From Syntrophomonadaceae bacterium (lineage in GTDB: Bacteria; Bacillota; Dethiobacteria; DTU022), in contig PXBM01000152.1 in the NCBI GenBank assembly GCA_003566935.1, positions 1 to 29,719 on the forward strand: 29,719 bases of DNA, in the 5' to 3' direction. The stretch's first letter is position 1, and each line of letters starts with the position of its first letter. The notes beneath the pieces are model-generated. The model was not told where the DNA came from. It made no database searches and saw only the letters and a list, made by a program, of their open reading frames with translations. Shown here piece after piece: positions 1-7,560 of this stretch. Position numbers and translations under genes: made by a program.

Positions 1-313
1 AGGCTCCTGCCCAGAGCGACGGCACCCACTGCAGCTGGAAATCACCGGAAAGCAGGGCTGAGATAAAAGAGCCGATGATTATCCCGACCACCAACATCCA
101 CTGCCAGTCGATATTCAGCTTAATTTTTTTGTAGTAAAGCTTCCCTTCAACTTTCTTGCCAAAGATAACTCTTTCGATCATGCCGCTGGCTTTGGCAAAT
201 GGGGTTGAACAGGCAATCGGCTTTTTGGAGACTAGAAACGAGAACCAACTTAATATGCCGATACCGATACCGACCACATAAGGTGACCAGCGTACTTCAG
301 TTAAAAAATCCAT
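1..313 (-). CDS. YeeE/YedE family (thiosulfate/sulfur-compound) transporter, 5' part; runs off the window start
   Basis: Not in the ORF track; translated by hand: MDFLTEVRWSPYVVGIGIGILSWFSFLVSKKPIACSTPFAKASGMIE...IDWQWMLVVGIIIGSFISALLSGDF. The WSPY..G, Cys-containing ACST and DWQW..V.G...G motifs are typical of YeeE/YedE proteins. GGGGGTG RBS upstream; 16 bp from the upstream gene. Confidence 0.85.
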   Translation of the reverse strand, partial: MDFLTEVRWSPYVVGIGIGILSWFSFLVSKKPIACSTPFAKASGMIERVIFGKKVEGKLYYKKIKLNIDWQWMLVVGIIIGSFISALLSGDFQLQWVPSLWAGA

Positions 314-329
314 TAATATCCACCCCCAT

Positions 330-1781
330 TTATGATTTAGAGAAATGTTTTTCAACTTCGCTGTAATCAGAGAAGAACCTGGAACCGTGAGGGTTAACGC
401 AGACATGGCATTCACGGACATAGCCGGCGGCGCTGTAACCGGTCATTCCACCGGCCACGTTGATGATATCTTTGAAGCCGTGCTGTTTGAGAATACTCGA
501 CCCCAGGCTGGAACGGTTACCCGAGCTGCAGATAAGAACCGTTGTTTTATCCTGATCCAGTTCATTATAGCGGGTTCTCAGGTCTGCAACCGGTATATTT
601 ACAGAACCCTTGATGTGGCTGTCTTCATACTCCATGGAGGCGCGTACATCAAGTAAGACAAAGTTGTTATTGTCGTTAATCATATCGTGGAGTTCTTCGG
701 CTGAGATTATGCCAATGTGACTGGTGCGGTAGCCTCTGGTAGCCCAGGCATTCATACCGCCATCTAAGTATCCGACAATTTTTTCCATCCCTACCCGGTG
801 AGCCCAGGTGTTGGCTTCAAGCGCTTTCTTATAGTCATCTGCCACGAGCAGGATTTCTTTATCGGTGGGAACAACCCAGCCGGTGAAGGTGGGGAAGTTA
901 CCGTTGAGGTCAAGATGCCAGGCGCCGGCCAGGTGTTGACTGGCAAAGCCCTGGTAACAGCGAGAATCGATAACCGTTGTATTAGGGTTTTCCAGCTTTT
1001 CTTTAAATTGGGCCGGGCTCAGTTCTTCAATACGTGGCAAATCAGCAATCTTTACCGGTCCCTTTCGATTGATCTCACTGCAGCGGCTGAAATGGTCGGG
1101 TGCCGGCGGCATGTCGTGGGTAAGTGAATGTATAAACTCAGCCTTATCTTTGATTTGAAGGGCATCATTAAACCTGCGCTCATAACCGATCGTGCTCAGC
1201 CACTTTGCTCCCATCGCCCTGCCGCAGAGCGAACCGGCGCCGTGAGCCGGGTATACTTCAGCATAATCGGGCAGCTTCAAAAGTTTATTATGCAGGCTGT
1301 CGTAGAGTTTTTCGGCCAGTTCATCCGCCTTTCCGGGGAACAGATCAGGGCGTCCCACATCTCCAACAAAGAGGGTATCGCCGACGAAGACACCGATAGG
1401 ACTATCAGCACGGGATTTGTCGATGATCACATAGCTCAAGTGTTCCGGGGTATGGCCCGGGGTTTCCAGCACGTTAAGAACCATATCTTCGATTTCAACG
1501 CTGTCACCATCTGACAGGGGAACGTGATCAAAGGTACACTCTGCTGATTTTGCAATGTAAATTTTTGCTCCTGTCTTTTGCGCCAGATCCATGTGCCCGG
1601 AGATAAAATCGGCATGCAGGTGTGTCTGCATAATGTGAGTAATATCCACCCCCAGGCTTCTGGCCTCGTTGATATAGATATCGACATCGCGCCGGGGATC
1701 AATTACGGCGCAGGTGTTCTCTCCGGCCAGGATATATGAACTGTGTGCAATCTTTTCGAGAAAAAAATGTTTCAGTAACAT
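330..1781 (-). CDS. MBL-fold metallo-hydrolase (persulfide dioxygenase/ETHE1-like) fused to two rhodanese domains (CstB-like architecture)
   Basis: THLHADFISGH metal motif, TPGHTPEH, GDTLFVGDVGRPDL, YPAHGAGSLCG. The first rhodanese domain lacks the catalytic Cys (VADDYK); the second has CSSGNRS. AGGAGG RBS. Confidence 0.9.
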   Translation of the reverse strand: MLLKHFFLEKIAHSSYILAGENTCAVIDPRRDVDIYINEARSLGVDITHIMQTHLHADFISGHMDLAQKTGAKIYIAKSAECTFDHVPLSDGDSVEIEDMVLNVLETPGHTPEHLSYVIIDKSRADSPIGVFVGDTLFVGDVGRPDLFPGKADELAEKLYDSLHNKLLKLPDYAEVYPAHGAGSLCGRAMGAKWLSTIGYERRFNDALQIKDKAEFIHSLTHDMPPAPDHFSRCSEINRKGPVKIADLPRIEELSPAQFKEKLENPNTTVIDSRCYQGFASQHLAGAWHLDLNGNFPTFTGWVVPTDKEILLVADDYKKALEANTWAHRVGMEKIVGYLDGGMNAWATRGYRTSHIGIISAEELHDMINDNNNFVLLDVRASMEYEDSHIKGSVNIPVADLRTRYNELDQDKTTVLICSSGNRSSLGSSILKQHGFKDIINVAGGMTGYSAAGYVRECHVCVNPHGSRFFSDYSEVEKHFSKS

Positions 1782-2329
1782 ATTAAAAACCTCCTAATTA
1801 AATTGTGCATTCTTTCTTGATAATCCAAGGATTTCTTCATCCTCTAACTCCATCACGCCTGCAAATATTTCAAGATATTAACCGGAGCAATTTCCCCACC
1901 TCATCTCACAGCTTGATTTTTCTTGCTTAGAGGAAAACCATCGGGTATACTTCCTTCCTAATAGATTCCGGATATCAGTTCATATTTGAACTGTCCTGAA
2001 TTTGCTTTTTGCTATTTTCATTCTCTGATGGTGACGCTAAAAACGTCATGTAAGTGCGCTAAACATAGTATCAAACAATATGCTAAGACAACTATTAGCA
2101 ATTCCAGATATTTTGTAAACGCAAGTTAAAAAAATACTTTTAAAGGAAGAAAGTTAGTATGATTTTGATTAAAATTATGATTTATAAATGGCTGGCTTAG
2201 CTTATTACCCATATACCCAATATGGATGAACAGCTGCACCGCCTGCCTGAGCCCAAGGTTATGCCATATTATACATTCCATGTTATCATATAGGTACTTA
2301 CATGGCGTGTAAGCCCTCCAAACGGTTAA

Positions 2330-2338
2330 TGCTATAAT
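2330..2338 (+). promoter_or_regulatory. Candidate extended -10 sigma-A/70 promoter element upstream of the DUF2937 gene
   Basis: TG-C-TATAAT at 2330-2338; no convincing -35. Confidence 0.35.
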
Positions 2339-2450
2339 ATGTTTAAGGCTAACTTTTGTTAAGTCGAAAGACAGAATTAAATGCTGCTTTGCTCTTCAGT
2401 GCAGGAAAATATTGGCAGGCATGATGCCGATAGGAAACGGAGGAATTAAA

Positions 2451-2990
2451 ATGCTTAAACTGCTGCGCCACCCAATAAAATTCCTGGACGGAATTGCCGA
2501 CCGTATTGTTACAGTGCTCGGGGCGGTATCACTTTCCCAGTTCCCCCAGTTTTACGGCCAGTATATGCAGCGGCTGGGCGGGCACCTTGATGAAGCCAGG
2601 CGGGCTCTCGAACAATATATCCAGGCGGCCGGGAATCTTAACATGTCCCTTGAGGAATACATCACTGAACACCTGGAGTCGGAAAGTGATGTTTTCATCT
2701 CTACCGGAAAGGTAATTCAGGACCTGGCAAATAGGGTGGAAACCCTGGAGCAGTCTTACATCGCTTTGCAGGACGCCACAATTTATAATCGCTGGTTTGT
2801 TTTCATGAGAGAAGTTGACTGGTCCATCGCCGCAGGAACCTGGGATAATTTTATGCCAGGGGTCCCGACCACTGTGGAAGGACTGACCTATGCTGTGGCT
2901 GGTTTACTGATCGGATGGGGATTATATCTTCTTTTTAAAACAGCTATCACTATTCCGGTAAAAGCGGTAAATGCAAGAAGAAAGGGTTAA
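2451..2990 (+). CDS. DUF2937 family membrane protein
   Basis: GAVSLSQFPQFYGQYMQRLGGHLDEARR resembles the DUF2937 N-terminus; N- and C-terminal hydrophobic segments. Start moved to the ATG at 2451, after GGAGG. Confidence 0.75.
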   Translation: MLKLLRHPIKFLDGIADRIVTVLGAVSLSQFPQFYGQYMQRLGGHLDEARRALEQYIQAAGNLNMSLEEYITEHLESESDVFISTGKVIQDLANRVETLEQSYIALQDATIYNRWFVFMREVDWSIAAGTWDNFMPGVPTTVEGLTYAVAGLLIGWGLYLLFKTAITIPVKAVNARRKG

Positions 2991-3071
2991 ACCTACTACT
3001 TCATGAAATAAATACTATCTGGTCAAACCGTATAGCAGTTCAGCTTTAACAATTGCAGCAATCTTAATTTC

Positions 3072-3309
3072 ACTTCCACTGTATATTATACCGATATGAC
3101 CACTAAAGCTGACAGGAGCCTGCTGATGCTGATAAGTTTAGGGAAGTTCATAACAAGAATACCGGTTACATTTTAGACCACGGCGAGTATTTAGGTCTGG
3201 GCTGCAGAAAGCATGATCTGAAAACCTTCTGGATCAAGCAGAGAAAACAATTTAATAGCGCCATACTTCTGAAATAAGTTAATAAGTAAGTAGTCAGGCT
3301 TGAGGACAC
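3072..3309 (+). pseudogene. Internally deleted, start-less remnant copy of the DUF362 gene and its 3' flank
   Basis: 3072-3125 matches 4539-4592 and 3119-~3309 matches 5532-~5721. The junction is the shared heptamer CCTGCTG. The deletion is 946 bp (frameshifting), and the ATG and RBS are absent. Confidence 0.9.
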
Positions 3310-3321
3310 TTATTGAAATTT

Positions 3322-3362
3322 TGCAGGCAAGGTTTGATTGAAAACAACAAACTTTGCCTGCA
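3322..3362. terminator. Inverted repeat, probable bidirectional intrinsic terminator between convergent units
   Basis: TGCAGGCAAGGTTTG (3322-3336) pairs with CAAACTTTGCCTGCA (3348-3362): 15-bp arms with one mismatch, A/T-rich flanks, between convergent genes. Confidence 0.7.
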
Positions 3363-3396
3363 TGTAAAATAATTCATTTGTGGCATAAATGATCGC

Positions 3397-3843
3397 CTAT
3401 CTTTTACTTAACATCTCCAGGAAGATCCGAAAACCTTCACTGACGATTCTTACGTAGCTGAGAATATCTTCCGTATTCTCCTGCACATTACTGGCAGTTT
3501 CGATCAGGCTTGTATTTACTATGTCTACGGAATAATCTACCTTTTCGCCAGTACTTTTCAGAGTTGAAGACAGGCTGTGAATATTGTCAATTGTTTCAGG
3601 TATCTGAACGTCAATAACTTCCTTGTTTTTATAAACAGAATTGCTGATTTCGTTGATGTTTTTCATGGAGTTCGTTGCGTTATTAATGATCTCCTGAATA
3701 TTTTTTTCATTGTCATTGATGTGTTTATTTATAAAAAGCGCCACTTTGTTGATGCTGTTTAGGGTTATAATTAGATAGATACCGGCTACAAACAACACCA
3801 GCATCACAAGAAATATACCGAGTTCCTGCAGTGAAATGTACAT
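3397..3843 (-). CDS. YtxG/DUF948-like membrane-anchored coiled-coil protein
   Basis: Single N-terminal transmembrane helix followed by N/S/E-rich heptad repeats; directly downstream of a ytxH-like gene. Confidence 0.55.
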   Translation of the reverse strand: MYISLQELGIFLVMLVLFVAGIYLIITLNSINKVALFINKHINDNEKNIQEIINNATNSMKNINEISNSVYKNKEVIDVQIPETIDNIHSLSSTLKSTGEKVDYSVDIVNTSLIETASNVQENTEDILSYVRIVSEGFRIFLEMLSKR

Positions 3844-3849
3844 TTATGA

Positions 3850-4284
3850 TCACCCCTTCTTTACTTTCGTGTCTTTATCGATCTTTTCTTTAGATTCTTT
3901 CACTGCTTTCTTCATATCTTTTTTTGCTTCCTTCACCGCATCTTGAATTTCATCTTTACCGAGAACGACGGCTTCTTCGATAGCTTCTTTTTCTTGCATT
4001 TTCTCTTCGACCTTGTCGCTTACTTTATCACGCGCATCTTCAACTTTATCTTCCACTTTTTCCTTGATATTATGAAATTCCTCTTTACTTTTGTCTAATG
4101 CATTCTTCGCTTTTTCGCTAATCTCTTTCCTGGTTTCTTTCCCCGCCTTAGGTGCTAATAGAATTCCGGCTGTTAAACCTACTGCAGTCCCCACAGCCAA
4201 ACCGGTAGCCACCTTTGCTACAGCCTCTTTTTTCTCCTGTTTTTTCTTTTCATCTTTAACTTTTTGCAAATAATCTTTTAACAT
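3850..4284 (-). CDS. YtxH domain-containing (general stress) protein
   Basis: GLAVGTAVGLTAGILLAPKAGKETRKEI is the YtxH signature, followed by a K/E-rich coiled coil. The ATG at 4284 has better spacing from AGGAGG than the one at 4290. Confidence 0.85.
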   Translation of the reverse strand: MLKDYLQKVKDEKKKQEKKEAVAKVATGLAVGTAVGLTAGILLAPKAGKETRKEISEKAKNALDKSKEEFHNIKEKVEDKVEDARDKVSDKVEEKMQEKEAIEEAVVLGKDEIQDAVKEAKKDMKKAVKESKEKIDKDTKVKKG

Positions 4285-4535
4285 AATCATTCTCCTCCTG
4301 TAAGCATTTTATTTGCCCTTAACAAAAATTAGTCAATTTGGGCACACAATGCTCGGCATGCTATCCATCTGCTTTTATGGTATCCGTAAGAGTGCTTATA
4401 TTGCTATTAGCAATATCCCCATTATTCAGTAAGCAATTACATAATAACCGTTATCCACATTTAAAAGGATTTTTTTACAACAACCTTGAATTGCTTTTAC
4501 AGCGCAACTAAATATTCTTAAAGGGATGATGTTCA

Positions 4536-5672
4536 ATGACTTCCACAGTATATTATACCGACATGACCACTAAGGCTGACAGGAGCCTGCTGGAGAAAAC
4601 CAGGGAAGCAGCAAAAAGGTCCAGCATCACTAATTATATAGAAAAGGATGACCTGGTCGCTATCAAGCTCCATTTTGGCGAACCGGGAAACCTTGCCTTT
4701 ACCCCTCCTCCCCTGCTCAAAATTATTACAAATATGGTCAAAGAAAAGGGCGGAAAACCCTTTTTAACCGATGCCAACACCCTGTACAGAGGCAAAAGAC
4801 GTAACGCTGTCGATCATATTGAAACGGCAATCAAGAACGGCTTCACCTATGAAACTGTCGGTGCTCCCGTTATTATTGCCGATGGTTTAATCGGGGCCGA
4901 TTATGTTAATGTTGAGGTTGGTGGAAAGCACTTTGATACTGTAAAAATTAGCAGCGCCGTACACCAGGCTGACGCGATCATTGCAGTAAGTCACGTGAAA
5001 GGTCACGAACTGTTTGGCTTTGGCGGAGCACTAAAAAACTTAGGGATGGGCTGCGGCAGTCCCTCCGGTAAACAGACCATGCACTCCGACATGGTGCCTA
5101 AAGTAGACCCTGAAAAATGTATTGCCTGCGGAACCTGCATTAAATACTGCCCGGAGGATGCCATATCCAGGGTAGAGGATGACAAGGCTTTTATCGATGA
5201 AGAACTCTGCATCGGGTGCGGAGAATGCGTAGCTTTTTGTCCGGTTGAGGCCATTCCGATTAACTGGAAAACTGATGAGGCTACAATCCAGGAAAAGACC
5301 GCTGAATATGCTTGCGGGGTGGTCAAACCGAAGCAGGGCAAAACGGGCTTTATTAACTACGTTATGAATGTTACCCCGGATTGCGACTGTGCACCGTGGA
5401 ATGATATCCCGATCGTTTCAAACCTTGGCATCCTTGCCTCTACGGATCCAATAGCTGTGGACCAGGCCTCTCTGGATATAATCAACCAGGCACCCGTGAT
5501 CAGTAATTCAGTTTTAGGTAAAAAAAATGAACCTGCTGATGCTGATAAATTCAGGGCCGTGCATAAAAAGAATACCGGCTATATTTTAGACCACGGCGAA
5601 TTTTTAGGTATGGGCAGCAGAAAACATGAGCTGAAAACTTTTTGGATGAAGCAGAGCAAAACGGTTGGATAG
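4536..5672 (+). CDS. DUF362 domain protein with internal 2x[4Fe-4S] ferredoxin domain
   Basis: AIKLHFGEPGN, LTDANTLY.G.R, SHVKGHELFGFGGALKNLGMGC, two CxxCxxCxxxCP motifs, VTPDCDC, ILASTDPIAVDQAS. Confidence 0.9.
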   Translation: MTSTVYYTDMTTKADRSLLEKTREAAKRSSITNYIEKDDLVAIKLHFGEPGNLAFTPPPLLKIITNMVKEKGGKPFLTDANTLYRGKRRNAVDHIETAIKNGFTYETVGAPVIIADGLIGADYVNVEVGGKHFDTVKISSAVHQADAIIAVSHVKGHELFGFGGALKNLGMGCGSPSGKQTMHSDMVPKVDPEKCIACGTCIKYCPEDAISRVEDDKAFIDEELCIGCGECVAFCPVEAIPINWKTDEATIQEKTAEYACGVVKPKQGKTGFINYVMNVTPDCDCAPWNDIPIVSNLGILASTDPIAVDQASLDIINQAPVISNSVLGKKNEPADADKFRAVHKKNTGYILDHGEFLGMGSRKHELKTFWMKQSKTVG

Positions 5673-5786
5673 TAACTTGCTTCAGCAATATGTTAATAAG
5701 TAATTGGCAGGCTTGAAGACAAACTGCCAGAATGAATATGAGTGATCTATACCACCACATTTTCGATTACTTACTGTGTTTCTGCA

Positions 5787-5795
5787 TGGTAGAAT
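5787..5795 (+). promoter_or_regulatory. Candidate extended -10 promoter element upstream of eda
   Basis: TG-G-TAGAAT at 5787-5795, about 40 bp before the start; -35 weak. Confidence 0.3.
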
Positions 5796-5833
5796 GGTTT
5801 ATAAAACTAAAATGCCATCGAGGAGGAACGAAA

Positions 5834-6487
5834 TTGCAGGAAAAAGTAGCTGTGTATAATCGTATCCGCAAAACTGGAATTATTGCTGTTATTAGAGCCA
5901 GCTCATCGGAAAATGCTCTGAAAATTACTGAAGCAGTAAAAGAAGGCGGAATAGATGTTATAGAGATTACATTAACTGTTCCTGGTGCAATAGATACTAT
6001 CAAAACATTATCAAAAAGCTTTAATGAAGAGGAAATTCTCCTGGGAGCCGGGACTGTTCTGGATCCGGAATCTGCCAGACTGGCCATGCTGTCCGGGGCA
6101 AAATTCATAGTAAGCCCTTCCCTAAGCCTGGATGTTATAAAAACATGCAATCGTTACCAGGTATTAAATATGCCCGGATGTATGACAGTAACTGAAATGG
6201 TTGGCGCACTTGAAGCCGGTGCAGATATAATCAAACTTTTCCCGGGCAGTATTTTAGGACCAAAATCCGTGAAAGCTTTTAGAGGGCCCCTACCACAAGC
6301 ACAGTTTATCCCAACGGGTGGTGTAAACCTGGAGAATGCATCAGAGTGGTTAGAAAATGGTTGTCTTGCCGTAGGGATAGGATCTGAATTAACTGCCGGT
6401 AGCGATAATGGCCTTTTTAGCGAAATAACCGAAAAGGCTCGTCAATTCAGAAATGTAGTTAAAAAGTTTCACATGCAGGATAGCTAA
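5834..6487 (+). CDS. eda: 2-dehydro-3-deoxy-phosphogluconate (KDPG)/4-hydroxy-2-oxoglutarate aldolase
   Basis: IIAVIRA, IEITLTVPGA, GAGTVLD, GAKFIVSP, PGCMTVTEM, Schiff-base KLFPG, PTGGV. Real start is the TTG at 5834 after GAGGAGG; the ORF track extends too far upstream. Confidence 0.92.
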   Translation: MQEKVAVYNRIRKTGIIAVIRASSSENALKITEAVKEGGIDVIEITLTVPGAIDTIKTLSKSFNEEEILLGAGTVLDPESARLAMLSGAKFIVSPSLSLDVIKTCNRYQVLNMPGCMTVTEMVGALEAGADIIKLFPGSILGPKSVKAFRGPLPQAQFIPTGGVNLENASEWLENGCLAVGIGSELTAGSDNGLFSEITEKARQFRNVVKKFHMQDS

Positions 6488-6495
6488 TAAAAGCG

Positions 6496-7524
6496 TTATC
6501 GCTGAACTCTTCCTGATGCATCCCCTTTCATCAGCAGCTCAACTTCAGCTGATGTAATAAGGTTATAATCTCCTGGAATAGTATGCTTCAGACAGGATGA
6601 AGCAGCCGCAAATTCTATAGCATCTTTGTGCTTTTTATCACTGAGAAAACTATAAATCAGACCCGCTCCAAAAGAATCTCCTCCACCGACACGATCTACT
6701 ATCGGGATAATATCGTATCTCTTTGAAATATAAAAATCAGTACCATCATATAAAAGACCGGACCAGCCGTTATGTGAAGCTGAAAAGCTTTCCCGCAGGG
6801 TTATGGCAACATATTTAAAGCCGAACTCTTTCTTTAATTTTTTCGCCACTTCTTTGTAGGATGAACCATCAACTTTGCCTTCTGAAATGTTTGCCGCCTC
6901 AGCTTCGATCCCAAAAACCTTTGCTGCGTCTTCTTCATTAGCAATACATAAATCCACATTTTCAACTAAAGCTGACATAATTTTTTTTGCTTTGTCAGTG
7001 GACCAAAGATTTTTACGGTAATTTAGATCCACGCTAACACTCACACCTGCCTTTTGTGCAGCCCAAACTGCCTCTCTAGTGATAGAAGCAGCATTTTCTC
7101 CAAGAGCCGGTGTTATACCTGTAAAGTGGAACCAAGAAGTATTATTAAATATCTTTTCCCAGTCAAAATCTGAAGGAACTGCTTCTGCTAGAGAAGAGTT
7201 TGCCCTGTCATAGATCACTTTTGAAGGCCGTTGTGCCGAACCGCTTTCGAGGTAATAGATGCCAAGCCTATTGCCACCTTTAGCAACATAGCTGGTATCA
7301 ACTCCGTAACGTTGCAAACTGCCTATTGCTGCCATACCAATTAAACTGTCAGGAACCCTGGTGACATAGAAAGCATTCATATTAAATTGGGCCAGCGATA
7401 CAGCAACATTTGCTTCACTACCGGCGTAGGTTACATCAAAAGCCTGGGCCTGCTGAATACGCTGATGCCCGGGGGTAGAAAGTCTGAGCATTATTTCTCC
7501 GAAAGTCACGACTTTTTTATTCAT
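6496..7524 (-). CDS. kdgK: 2-dehydro-3-deoxygluconokinase (PfkB family)
   Basis: VVTFGEIMLRLS, AGSEANVA, VIYDRANS, DLNYRKNLW, ANEED, ITLRES.SASHNGW, DRVGGGDSFGAG, LKHTIPGD...GRVQR, all typical of KdgK. Confidence 0.9.
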   Translation of the reverse strand: MNKKVVTFGEIMLRLSTPGHQRIQQAQAFDVTYAGSEANVAVSLAQFNMNAFYVTRVPDSLIGMAAIGSLQRYGVDTSYVAKGGNRLGIYYLESGSAQRPSKVIYDRANSSLAEAVPSDFDWEKIFNNTSWFHFTGITPALGENAASITREAVWAAQKAGVSVSVDLNYRKNLWSTDKAKKIMSALVENVDLCIANEEDAAKVFGIEAEAANISEGKVDGSSYKEVAKKLKKEFGFKYVAITLRESFSASHNGWSGLLYDGTDFYISKRYDIIPIVDRVGGGDSFGAGLIYSFLSDKKHKDAIEFAAASSCLKHTIPGDYNLITSAEVELLMKGDASGRVQR

Positions 7525-7560
7525 AAGATAGCTCCTTCCAAATGAAAAATAATAAATTCA

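Noticed and set aside
1794-1894. Short minus-strand stretch reading ...EIAPVNIL / EIFAGVMELEDEEILGLSRKNAQFN*, faintly like a TatD-type C-terminal helix with a frameshift
   Set aside because: Too short and low in complexity to support a pseudogene call without a tBLASTn or HMM search.
4451-4459. Perfect DnaA box TTATCCACA in the ytxH/DUF362 divergent intergenic region
   Set aside because: It is a single copy, and about 0.23 matches are expected by chance in 29.7 kb on two strands at uniform composition. There is no box cluster or dnaA/dnaN context, so it is not evidence of oriC.
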